Translations under genes and position numbers: made by a program
The notes under the pieces: model-generated
Database searches by the model: none
Told to the model about the DNA's origin: nothing
Seen by the model: only the letters and a program-made list of their open reading frames with translations
Part shown: piece by piece, positions 18,223 to 26,898 of the stretch
Layout of the letters: each line of letters begins with the position of its first letter
Position numbering within the stretch: position 1 is the stretch's first letter
DNA from: Bacteroidales bacterium
Lineage (GTDB): Bacteria; Bacteroidota; Bacteroidia; Bacteroidales; UBA7960
Assembly: GCA_007134525.1 (NCBI GenBank)
Contig: SLKR01000065.1
Span: 1,408-65,407, forward strand
Length of the DNA stretch: 64,000 nt
Direction of reading: 5' to 3'

Positions 18223-18993
18223 ATGATTGTTTTGAGAAAGAGTTTTTTCAGGCTGCTGACAGCGTTGATGCTTTTAATGTTACTATTTCCGGGTGAGGCT
18301 GGGGCCCAGAGGCGGTTCTTCCGTTTTCAGAACCGCCTGGAACATGACCTCAGGCCATACCATTTCGGGTTTTCCCTGGGAGTGAATACCATGAATTACG
18401 CTATAAGGCCTGCAGAAAATCTGCGCGAACAGTTCGATTTTGACTATGTGCTGCCTGAGCCCGACTATGGCTTTCATATAGGTATAGTATCCAATCTGAA
18501 GCTTAACAGGTATTTAGACCTCAGGTTCATACCTGCCATATCGTTCGGCGACCGGCACCTTGAATACTACCTCCCGGGCGACCCGGACAATCCGGACTTT
18601 TTCAGCGACTGGCAAAGACGTGACCCCGAAAGGGACCAGGACCTGGAGGTGACCCTGCTTGAGTTCCCCCTGCATTTAAAATACAAGTCGGCGCGTATGA
18701 CGAATACAAGGGTTTACGTTTTGGGGGGCTTTAAATATACACACGACCTTGCATCAATAGAACTCGGGGTAGGTGATAACATTCTTGCCAGGGTGGCCAG
18801 GAACGACATCCACTATGAGCTTGGGGTGGGTTTCGACCACTACTTTTACTACTTCAAGTTATCGGGTGAGCTGAAGGCATCCTTTGGCATGTTTGATCTT
18901 ATAAGGGAGGGGGATCAGGGTCTTGAAAGGTATTACAATTCCATTGACCGCCTCAATGCCCGCAGCCTGATGATATCACTTACCTTTGAATAA
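18223..18993 (+). CDS. Outer-membrane beta-barrel protein, PorT/SprT-like
   Basis: Signal peptide ending GEAGAQ, alternating beta-strand pattern, size about 250 aa, aromatic-rich C-terminal strand. Confidence 0.45.
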   Translation: MIVLRKSFFRLLTALMLLMLLFPGEAGAQRRFFRFQNRLEHDLRPYHFGFSLGVNTMNYAIRPAENLREQFDFDYVLPEPDYGFHIGIVSNLKLNRYLDLRFIPAISFGDRHLEYYLPGDPDNPDFFSDWQRRDPERDQDLEVTLLEFPLHLKYKSARMTNTRVYVLGGFKYTHDLASIELGVGDNILARVARNDIHYELGVGFDHYFYYFKLSGELKASFGMFDLIREGDQGLERYYNSIDRLNARSLMISLTFE

Positions 18994-18996
18994 TGC

Positions 18997-19533
18997 CTAT
19001 TTGGTCAGGCGCATTTTGGTATGCAGGTCCCATACCACGATACCGGCAGTAACTGAAATGTTCAGGGAGTGTTTTGTACCGAACTGCGGGATTTCAATAC
19101 TCTGCTCACAAAGCTTCAGCACCTTATCATCAACGCCTTTAACCTCATTTCCGAAAACAAGGGCATATCGTTTTGTGCTTTCCGGCCTGAAATCTGCAAG
19201 TGATACACTGCCGGTTGTCTGCTCAAGTGCTATAACAGTATAGCCCTCCTTTTTAAGCAACTCTACGGCATCGGTGGTCTTTTCGAAATACCTCCAGCTT
19301 ACCGACTCTGTGGCCCCGAGGGCAGTTTTGTGTATCTCACGGTGAGGCGGGGTGGCAGTCAGCCCGCATAGATATATCCCCTCCAACAGGAATGCGTCGG
19401 CCGTGCGGAAAACAGAACCGGTGTTCATCATGCTGCGGATATTGTCAAGCACAATTATCACCGGAAACTTGTCAGAATCCCTGAAAAGCCCGGGTGTCTT
19501 CCTGCCCAGCTCTTCCATTGAAAGCTTTCTCAT
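18997..19533 (-). CDS. TrmH/SpoU-family RNA methyltransferase
   Basis: Motifs VFGNEVKGV and IEIPQFGTKHSLNISVTAGIVVW. Its start overlaps the cobB stop (ATGA at 19530-19533). Confidence 0.8.
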   Translation of the reverse strand: MRKLSMEELGRKTPGLFRDSDKFPVIIVLDNIRSMMNTGSVFRTADAFLLEGIYLCGLTATPPHREIHKTALGATESVSWRYFEKTTDAVELLKKEGYTVIALEQTTGSVSLADFRPESTKRYALVFGNEVKGVDDKVLKLCEQSIEIPQFGTKHSLNISVTAGIVVWDLHTKMRLTK

Positions 19534-20225
19534 TCCTTACTTTTTTCCATCAGTTCATCTACCAGCTTTCTTGTGCCGGTACCTGCCATTTCACGTATAT
19601 GCCTTACGCCGGGGATATGCGATACATTGATCTCGCCGGGGTCTATCAGGTAAACCGGTGTACCGGGTCGCACATAGCTTACAAGACCGGCGGCAGGATA
19701 AACATTAAGCGAGGTCCCTATAATGATGTATATACCGGCGGTATTAGAAAGCTCGGCCGCTGCCGGTATCATAGGAACCTGCTCACCGAACCAGACAACG
19801 TGAGGCCTTAGCTGTGACCCCTTTTCGCATTTATCGCCCAGCTTCAGCTCCCATCCTTCAAGCTCATATATCAGCGACTCATCAATCGATGAACGAACTT
19901 TTTTCAGCTCCCCATGCAGATGCATCACATTAGTGCTGCCTGCCCGCTCATGCAGGTCGTCCACATTCTGGGTTATTACCTGCACATCATACTTTTTTTC
20001 AAGGTCAACCAGGGCGTAATGAGCCTTGTTGGGTTCAGCCCCGAGAAGCTGCCTGCGCCTCTGGTTGTAAAACTCATTGACCAGTTCAGCATTGCGCTCC
20101 CAGGCCTCCGGGGTGGCCACATCCATTATATCATACTCCTCCCAGAGGCCCCCGCTGTCCCTGAATGTCTTTATACCGCTTTCTGCACTGATGCCGGCAC
20201 CTGTAAGAACCACTACCCTTTTCAT
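19530..20225 (-). CDS. cobB: NAD-dependent protein deacylase (sirtuin, CobB-like)
   Basis: Motifs GAGISAESGIKTFRD, QNVDDLHERAG and HLHGEL. The ATG at 20225 (MKRVVVLTGAG) is preferred over 20252. Confidence 0.85.
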   Translation of the reverse strand: MKRVVVLTGAGISAESGIKTFRDSGGLWEEYDIMDVATPEAWERNAELVNEFYNQRRRQLLGAEPNKAHYALVDLEKKYDVQVITQNVDDLHERAGSTNVMHLHGELKKVRSSIDESLIYELEGWELKLGDKCEKGSQLRPHVVWFGEQVPMIPAAAELSNTAGIYIIIGTSLNVYPAAGLVSYVRPGTPVYLIDPGEINVSHIPGVRHIREMAGTGTRKLVDELMEKSKE

Positions 20226-20261
20226 ATGCCAAAAGTAATAAAAATAGAGCATTGTATATAC

Positions 20262-20286
20262 TGCACAAAAACACTATATTTGTGCA
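20262..20286. promoter_or_regulatory. Candidate TetR operator: perfect 8-bp inverted repeat TGCACAAA-N9-TTTGTGCA
   Basis: Arms at 20262-20269 and 20279-20286 are exact reverse complements. The repeat overlaps the -7 box directly upstream of the TetR gene. Confidence 0.5.
20275..20282 (+). promoter_or_regulatory. Candidate -7 promoter box (TATATTTG) for the TetR-MMPL operon
   Basis: TAnnTTTG match 23 nt upstream of the ATG at 20305, embedded in a palindrome. Confidence 0.5.
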
Positions 20287-20304
20287 TGTGATCATGCCTG
20301 AAGG

Positions 20305-20874
20305 ATGAAGACTAAAGAACATATACTAAAAGCCGCCAGGGGTGTATTCACCAGGTTCGGCTTCAACAAGTCATCAATGGCTGACATCGCCTTTGCCGCA
20401 AAGAAAGGCCGTAGGACTATATACACACACTTTGCGACAAAGGAGGATGTGTTCAGGGCGGTAATCGACAGGGAGGTAAAAGCACTTGTAAAAAAGCTTG
20501 AGATGGTCTGCAGCCAGGATATTCCTCCGGATGAAAAACTCAAAACCTATATGTTTGCCCGGATGGGTGCAGTAAGGGAGCTTACAGTCTATTACGATGC
20601 TCTTCGCCAGGACATGATTGGAAATTTGGGAATAATTGAGAACCTGAGGGAGGAGTATGATGAGATCGAGGTGGGGCTTATTCAGGGAATACTCGACGAA
20701 GGCAACATCAGGGGGGTATTTGCAGTAGAGGATACCAGGCTCGTAGCCGGCGCAATTGTAATGGCTGCCAAGGGTTTTGAACTGCCGATATTTACCGGCC
20801 GTAAAGGATATGATCACAGGCCCATGATAGAACCACTCATTGAAATACTTTACAAAGGCATACGGAAACAATGA
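20305..20874 (+). CDS. TetR/AcrR-family transcriptional regulator
   Basis: N-terminal HTH (ILKAARGVFTRFGFNKSSMADIAFAAKKGRRTIYTHF); 189 aa. Confidence 0.85.
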   Translation: MKTKEHILKAARGVFTRFGFNKSSMADIAFAAKKGRRTIYTHFATKEDVFRAVIDREVKALVKKLEMVCSQDIPPDEKLKTYMFARMGAVRELTVYYDALRQDMIGNLGIIENLREEYDEIEVGLIQGILDEGNIRGVFAVEDTRLVAGAIVMAAKGFELPIFTGRKGYDHRPMIEPLIEILYKGIRKQ

Positions 20875-23060
20875 AGAGGTATGCGCTTCTCATATTAAGG
20901 TTCAGGATAATTATCATTATCTCGGTTGTGCTGATCACGGCAGTGATGGCATATTTCGCCAGAGACATAAAGGTTAATGCCGATGTGATGAGCTATCTGC
21001 CGGAGGAGGATAAGGCTGCAGCCCTCTTTAACCGCATTGGTGAAACGTACGGGGGTAACGAGATCATGATAATAGGCCTTGAGACAGAGGAGGTGTTCGA
21101 CCACCGCATGCTGATGACCATAAAACAGATTACTGACAGCCTGCGGGCTACTGAGGGGATAGGCCATGTTACAAGTCTTACAAGTGTACTTGACATCAGG
21201 GGTTCGGATTTAGGTATTGAGATCGGCAGGCTGGTTGACGAATATGATATTCCCGAAAGCGAAGAGGAGCTTCTTCAGCTCAGGGAGTATACATTGTCAA
21301 TGGATATGTACCGGGGAAGTCTGGTATCGGAAGACGGTACGGCAACCCTTATAACCGGCAAGATACTGACTGGTGTCAACCGGACAGAAGTCGCAGAGAG
21401 GGTCAGGGAAAGGGTAGAGAGCATACCATTCGAAGGCCGGATATTCTACGGCGGGATGCCCATTACACTCCTTGAGCTGAACAATATAATAATCAAAGAT
21501 ATACGCTTTATTATACCCCTGGCATTCGTTGTTATAAGCCTGGTACTGCTGGCCGGATTCAGGAGGCCAGCGGGGGTATTCATCCCCATGATGTGCGTGA
21601 TAATTGCCATAACCTGGACACTGGGTACAATATCAGTTATGGGGTACGAGATAACATTGCTCACAAATATAATACCTGTTATTCTCACCGCAGTAGGAAG
21701 CGCATATGCAATACATGTTGTAAATGCAGTTATGGCAGAACAGCAGGAGCAGGGTGCAGGGGCAGTGAAAAAGGCTTTATCCCGGATTACCATTCCGGTA
21801 ATACTCGCTTCAACAACTACAATAATTGGTTTCCTTTCTTTTATTGCTGGATCCTACCTGACAATGATCAGGCAGTTCGGTCTGTTTTCAGCCCTGGGGA
21901 TTCTGTTCTCCATGATCCTTGCCGTTAGCTTCGTTCCGGCGGTAATGTCATTTTCATCAGTGCCGGCAGCCTCTACAAAAAATCCGGGCATTTTTGACCT
22001 GATACCCCGTAAGCTCTCGGGTGTGGTATTCATAAACAGGAGGCTTATTCTGGGGATCTGGGCAGCCGTGATATGCCTTAGCTTAATCGGGATTACACGT
22101 ATTGAAAGAAGAGTGAATATTACCGACTATTTTAAGGACGGCAATATTGTAAAACAGGGTGAGGAGCTGCTGGTGGAGAAATTTCACGGCAGCAACCCCC
22201 TTTATGTCCGGGTAAAGGGTGATGTGCAGAGTCCGCAGGTACTCAGCCTGATGAGCTACACCCAGGATTATATGGAAGGCTTCAGCTACATAACCTACAG
22301 CAGGTCTGTTGCAGACATGATAAAGCAGATGAATGATGCCATGGGTGAGGGGAAACGAATACCGGACGACCATAACATGATTGTACAGCTTTGGTTCCTC
22401 CTGGATGGCCAGGAGATAATGGAGCAGCTGGTAAGTTATGATCTCAGCGAGGGAATTGTGTACGGGTACGTAAGCTCAGATGAACTGCACCTGCTCAGGG
22501 AGATAGACAATAATTTCGAGGAGTTTTCCCGTAATCACAGCAGCGACCAGGTTGAGCTGTCGGTTACCGGAATCCCGGTAATGCTCAGAAGACTTGACGA
22601 CAGCATTATAAAGAGCCAGACATACAGCCTGATACTGGCAATCTTTCTGGTAGTAATGATGACCAGTCTGCTGTTGGGCTCCCTGCGCCTTGGACTGTTG
22701 GCGATCATTCCGATTATTATAACCCTGGCGGTCCTCTTCGGCACCATGGGTCTGAGCGGAATACCCCTTGACATTGCCACAGTGCTCAGCGGAAGTGTTA
22801 CCATTGGCATTGGGATCGACTATTCAGTGCATTTTATCAGCAGGTTCAGGGAGGGCCTCAGTATTGACAGGGCTGTCCGGATAAGCGGGAAGGCTATATT
22901 CATAAATATGATAGCCGTAACCGCCGGGTTCGCAATGCTCAGTCTTTCTAGCCTCGTACCGCTACAGAGGTTTGGCCTGCTTATCGCTGCAACAATGCTT
23001 ACAGCCGGGCTTGCCACCCTGACGCTGCTGCCGCTTATGCTCACAAAAGGTGAAAAATAA
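20871..23060 (+). CDS. MMPL/RND-superfamily transporter (HpnN-like)
   Basis: 729 aa with two repeated units, each a TM helix, a large loop and a 5-TM bundle. Its ATG overlaps the TetR stop (ATGA). Confidence 0.8.
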   Translation: MKRYALLILRFRIIIIISVVLITAVMAYFARDIKVNADVMSYLPEEDKAAALFNRIGETYGGNEIMIIGLETEEVFDHRMLMTIKQITDSLRATEGIGHVTSLTSVLDIRGSDLGIEIGRLVDEYDIPESEEELLQLREYTLSMDMYRGSLVSEDGTATLITGKILTGVNRTEVAERVRERVESIPFEGRIFYGGMPITLLELNNIIIKDIRFIIPLAFVVISLVLLAGFRRPAGVFIPMMCVIIAITWTLGTISVMGYEITLLTNIIPVILTAVGSAYAIHVVNAVMAEQQEQGAGAVKKALSRITIPVILASTTTIIGFLSFIAGSYLTMIRQFGLFSALGILFSMILAVSFVPAVMSFSSVPAASTKNPGIFDLIPRKLSGVVFINRRLILGIWAAVICLSLIGITRIERRVNITDYFKDGNIVKQGEELLVEKFHGSNPLYVRVKGDVQSPQVLSLMSYTQDYMEGFSYITYSRSVADMIKQMNDAMGEGKRIPDDHNMIVQLWFLLDGQEIMEQLVSYDLSEGIVYGYVSSDELHLLREIDNNFEEFSRNHSSDQVELSVTGIPVMLRRLDDSIIKSQTYSLILAIFLVVMMTSLLLGSLRLGLLAIIPIIITLAVLFGTMGLSGIPLDIATVLSGSVTIGIGIDYSVHFISRFREGLSIDRAVRISGKAIFINMIAVTAGFAMLSLSSLVPLQRFGLLIAATMLTAGLATLTLLPLMLTKGEK

Positions 23061-23088
23061 AACATCTGTAACCCAAAATAACACAAAT

Positions 23089-23862
23089 ATGAGAAACACC
23101 TACAGTTTTAAAAGCAGCATAAGTCCGGGATCGGTATTCACGGTTTTTGCCTTCCTTGCAGTCATGTGCAGCCTGCAGGAGATAATGGCGCAGGATGCAG
23201 CCGATGTACTCAGAAAAATGGATGATGTAGTGTTTGCCGGTGAGGACCAGACCTCCGGTATAAGGTTGATAATGACCGACAGAAGCGGCAATGAAAGGGT
23301 AAGAGAGGCAAAGGTGTGGCAGAAGGGAAGCAACAAGAGGCTTTTCCGGTTCACCTCCCCGGCTGCAGAGGCAGGAATTGCATTTCTTTCCCTGCCTGAT
23401 GATGTAATGTACCTTTATATGCCGGCATACGGCAGGGAAAGGAGGATTGCAACCCATGTTCGGAACCAGAGTTTTGCCGGCACCGACTTCTCATACGAGG
23501 ATCTTGAAGCCCTGAGGTATTCAGAAAGGTTTGAGGCCAGTATTGCAGAGGAAAAAGATAATCATTACATACTCAGACTGGTACCGCTTCCCGGTACAAG
23601 GAGTGATTATTCTGAAATAATCGTAACAATTAACCGGGAACACTATTATCCGGAGAGAATGAAGAGTTTCGACAGGGGCGGACAGGAGTACAAGATAGCA
23701 GATTACCGTTTTGAAAGAAAAGGGGATTACTGGACAACCACCGAGATCAGGATGACTAACCTGAAAAGGCAACACAGCACCCGCATGATATTTGATGATA
23801 TTGAGTTTGACACAGGCCTGGATGATGATATATTTACGGTAAGGAATTTAACGAGGTATTGA
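23089..23862 (+). CDS. Outer-membrane lipoprotein-sorting (LolA-like) protein
   Basis: Signal peptide FTVFAFLAVMCSLQEIMAQD. Size and context match the LolA-like partners of MMPL transporters. The ATG at 23089 is preferred over the GTG at 23050. Confidence 0.6.
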   Translation: MRNTYSFKSSISPGSVFTVFAFLAVMCSLQEIMAQDAADVLRKMDDVVFAGEDQTSGIRLIMTDRSGNERVREAKVWQKGSNKRLFRFTSPAAEAGIAFLSLPDDVMYLYMPAYGRERRIATHVRNQSFAGTDFSYEDLEALRYSERFEASIAEEKDNHYILRLVPLPGTRSDYSEIIVTINREHYYPERMKSFDRGGQEYKIADYRFERKGDYWTTTEIRMTNLKRQHSTRMIFDDIEFDTGLDDDIFTVRNLTRY

Positions 23863-23885
23863 TACTAATCCTTAAATAAGCTGTT

Positions 23886-25259
23886 ATGAAAGCTTTGATA
23901 TATCTGGGTGCTTTATTGACTCTGGCCGGACAGCCAGCTTTGCTGGCACAAAGCAATCCGCTTATTTTCAGGGGCAGGGTTGAAACTGACAACAGACTGC
24001 TTTTAAGAGGTGAAAATGAGTGGGTGTGGAACGAGAACCGGCTTGACCTTGGTATTGAGAAAAGAGCAAACCCATTAAGAATATATGGCAATATCTGGCT
24101 GAGACACCTGGGCCCCTCAATTGTGGAAAGTTCGGCCGATCTTCAGGACAAAGGCAGGATCAACCCGATTGATGCAGATATCAGGGAGCTGTATGCTGAG
24201 GTGTATGGTTTTGTCTTCGATGAACTTGACCTGAGGATAGGGAGGCAGAGAATAGCGTGGGGTACAGCCGATATGTTCAACCCTACCGATAATCTTAACC
24301 CTTTTGACCTGGAAGATATACTGGATTTTGGCCGCAGGATGGGTTCAGATGCCATTGACCTTCAGTGGCATCTCAGCCACCAAAGCTCATTACAGCTTGT
24401 TTACATACCACGTTTCCAGCCTGCAAGCATGCCCCTGGGCAGGTTTTCAGATGTGTTGTCGGTCCGGGCAGCCCTGCCAGAAGTTCTGGCACAGGCAAAA
24501 TACAGTGATGAAATAATACTGCCTAACAACAGTCTGTCACGGGCATCTTCCCTCGGGATGCGCTGGAGGGGTTTTGCCCTGAACACTGACTTTTCACTCA
24601 GCTATACTTATTCAAGGGATCCATTGCCCCTTCCCGCCAAAGTGAGCATAGACATAATATATGAATCAGATATGGCGGCAGGCAGGCCTGCCGTGCATGC
24701 AACACTGATATACCCCAGGCATCATATATTCGGCGCAGACCTCTCCGGCGCAATAAAAAGAGTGGGTGTATGGGCTGAGGCGGCACTTTTTTTACCGGAA
24801 TCTGAGATAGTTGCACAGGTGGAGTTGCCGCCCCACCAGCTACCCTTTCCTGTTCAGGGCGAAGAAGTGGTCCTCAAAAAGCAGACTTATTTAAAATTCA
24901 TTGCCGGGGCTGATTATACAACCACCGGGGGGAGCTATATCAATATGCAGTACCTCAGGGGTTTTATCCACGAAAGGGGCAGGGAACAGCTGGCCGATTA
25001 CATCTTTTTTCAGTTAAACCGTCACCTGTTTCAAAACCGCCTGCTCATAAAGCCCCTGTCAGGAGGAGTATCGGTTTCTGACAGAAATTCCCCATTTAGA
25101 AACTATTCGGTATTCTATGCACCGGAAGTATCTTACCTTGGTGTTGACAACCTCGATATTGGCATAGGGGTATACCTGTTCGGAGGAAAGGGTGATGGCA
25201 TCTTTAACAATCTTAAGGAGATGAATATGCTGCGATTAAGGCTTACGGCAAGTTTTTAG
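23886..25259 (+). CDS. Putative outer-membrane beta-barrel protein (family not recognised)
   Basis: Signal peptide ALLAQS, beta-strand-rich sequence, and a C-terminal LRLRLTASF ending in Phe as in OMP sorting signals. Confidence 0.45.
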   Translation: MKALIYLGALLTLAGQPALLAQSNPLIFRGRVETDNRLLLRGENEWVWNENRLDLGIEKRANPLRIYGNIWLRHLGPSIVESSADLQDKGRINPIDADIRELYAEVYGFVFDELDLRIGRQRIAWGTADMFNPTDNLNPFDLEDILDFGRRMGSDAIDLQWHLSHQSSLQLVYIPRFQPASMPLGRFSDVLSVRAALPEVLAQAKYSDEIILPNNSLSRASSLGMRWRGFALNTDFSLSYTYSRDPLPLPAKVSIDIIYESDMAAGRPAVHATLIYPRHHIFGADLSGAIKRVGVWAEAALFLPESEIVAQVELPPHQLPFPVQGEEVVLKKQTYLKFIAGADYTTTGGSYINMQYLRGFIHERGREQLADYIFFQLNRHLFQNRLLIKPLSGGVSVSDRNSPFRNYSVFYAPEVSYLGVDNLDIGIGVYLFGGKGDGIFNNLKEMNMLRLRLTASF

Positions 25260-25326
25260 GCAAAAAAGATCTCACGCGAACATAAAAAATTGTAAACTTG
25301 CAACCGTATAACCGGCTGAAAGAGAT

Positions 25327-26325
25327 ATGAAAAACCAAAACAGCCTTCTTTTATTTATAATGCTGTTAATTGCCGTATCATGCGGAAACCTCAGGGATAC
25401 TGATACCCCGCAGGGCGAGTTGAATGAATCGGAGATCCTGCTTGCCTACCTTGAAGAGAACGGTAACCTTATAAACAGCGCTTCTGTGCCCGCCCTGGTC
25501 GATGCAGACTATGTGGCCGGCATGCTCCATGGGAACAACATACACATTATCGACCTGCGCCCGGCCCGGGAGTACGCCGCAGGTCATATAGAACACAGTG
25601 TAAACATAGAGCCGGGAGCCATTCTTGAACATTTTGAGCAGCGAATTGAGCCAAACTCCTTCGAACTGATTGTCCTGGTATGCCAGAACGCCATGCTGAG
25701 TACATATGTCAACTCTGTTATGCTGCTGATGGGGTATGACAATGTGGTCAGTCTCCGGTACGGGCTAAGCAGCTGGGATCAAGAAATTGCAGGACGAAAC
25801 TGGCTTGACGCAAGGAGCAGCCATCTTGAGGGCAGGCTCGAAACCAGCCCGGAATTCAAGAATCCTCCCGGGAGGCTGCCGGTTATCAATACGGGGGAGA
25901 TAAGCGGTTACCGCATTCTGAGGGCAAGGGCAAAAGAGGTGCTTGCCATGGATACAGAAGAATTAAACAAGGGTATTGAAGATGTCATGGAAGAGCCTGA
26001 CAGCTTCTATATAATTAATTACTGGCCACAGCATTTGTACAACAAAGGGCACCTGAGCAGTGCAATACAATACACCCCCAAGTCAGCCTTGCACAGCGAC
26101 CAGTATATAAACACAATCCCGGCCAACCGGCCTGTAATCACGTATTGTTATACCGGCCACCACAGCGGATATGTAACTGCCTTTTTAAGGTTGCTGGGAT
26201 ATGATGCCTACAACCTGCCATATGGTGCAAATTCCTTCATCTACGATACTATGCAGTCTGAGATGGGAGGGTTCAGGAGTTTCACCACCGGCCACATACA
26301 CGGGCTTCCGCTATCTGCCGATTAA
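25327..26325 (+). CDS. Tandem rhodanese-domain lipoprotein
   Basis: Lipobox LIAVSC. Two rhodanese domains with candidate active-site loops CQNAMLS and CYTGHHS. Confidence 0.75.
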   Translation: MKNQNSLLLFIMLLIAVSCGNLRDTDTPQGELNESEILLAYLEENGNLINSASVPALVDADYVAGMLHGNNIHIIDLRPAREYAAGHIEHSVNIEPGAILEHFEQRIEPNSFELIVLVCQNAMLSTYVNSVMLLMGYDNVVSLRYGLSSWDQEIAGRNWLDARSSHLEGRLETSPEFKNPPGRLPVINTGEISGYRILRARAKEVLAMDTEELNKGIEDVMEEPDSFYIINYWPQHLYNKGHLSSAIQYTPKSALHSDQYINTIPANRPVITYCYTGHHSGYVTAFLRLLGYDAYNLPYGANSFIYDTMQSEMGGFRSFTTGHIHGLPLSAD

Positions 26326-26879
26326 TGGTGGATGCTGGTTTTTTTTACTCAAAATCTATTAAGATGAACAAGAACCAAAGCAGTTACATGAATCCATATT
26401 TGGCGGGATTCCTGCTGGGTATGGTGCTCCTGGCATCCTTTGTGATAACGGGCAGGGGACTTGGCGCAAGCGGGGCTGCTAAAAGCCTTGTCCTCTCCGT
26501 TGTCGGATCATCGGCCCCTGAATATGCAAGCTCCAGCGCATTCTACGCCGACTTTTTTTCGGGCACCGGCCCCATGTCATCCTGGATTGTTTTCCTTACT
26601 GCAGGACTCATACTGGGAGGTTTCCTCAGCGGAGCACTGGGCAGCAGGCTGGGGTTCAAGACAGAACGCGGCCCCCGCATCAGGGTTGCAGCACGACTCT
26701 GGTTTGCACTGGCCGGCGGTTTGCTTTTCGGCCTCGGGGCACAGTTCGCAAGGGGATGTACCAGCGGGGCTGCACTTAGCGGGATGGCAGTGTTGTCGAC
26801 AGGGGGAATGCTTACCATGGCAATGATATTCGGAACAGGCTACCTTATAGCATACTTTTTCAGAAAACTTTGGATCTAA
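26325..26879 (+). CDS. YeeE/YedE-family sulfur-compound transporter, half-size subunit
   Basis: Polytopic protein with an ARGCTSGAALSG motif. TAATG overlap with the upstream stop; an alternative start lies at 26364. Confidence 0.7.
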   Translation: MVDAGFFYSKSIKMNKNQSSYMNPYLAGFLLGMVLLASFVITGRGLGASGAAKSLVLSVVGSSAPEYASSSAFYADFFSGTGPMSSWIVFLTAGLILGGFLSGALGSRLGFKTERGPRIRVAARLWFALAGGLLFGLGAQFARGCTSGAALSGMAVLSTGGMLTMAMIFGTGYLIAYFFRKLWI

Positions 26880-26898
26880 ACCCCTTTCAGGCATTACA

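Noticed and set aside
19530-20225. SIR2-domain protein as a possible anti-phage defence effector.
   Set aside because: It is a compact CobB-type sirtuin of about 231 aa with canonical deacylase motifs. It has no fused or adjacent sensor or effector (no TIR, HerA, pAgo, DSR-type extension) and sits among housekeeping genes.
20230-20237. TAnnTTTG box (TACTTTTG, minus strand) only 5 nt upstream of the cobB ATG.
   Set aside because: It is too close to the start codon for a normal leader. It would imply a leaderless mRNA, which I cannot support from sequence alone.
20226-20252. Upstream starts in the ORF track for cobB (20252), and likewise for the CDF transporter (7014, TTG), the LolA-like gene (23050, GTG), the saccharopine dehydrogenase-family gene (36223, GTG), bamA (42065, TTG) and mrdA (36257).
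   Set aside because: Downstream ATG codons give N-termini that match family expectations (Rossmann fold, signal peptides) and leave room for the TAnnTTTG boxes.
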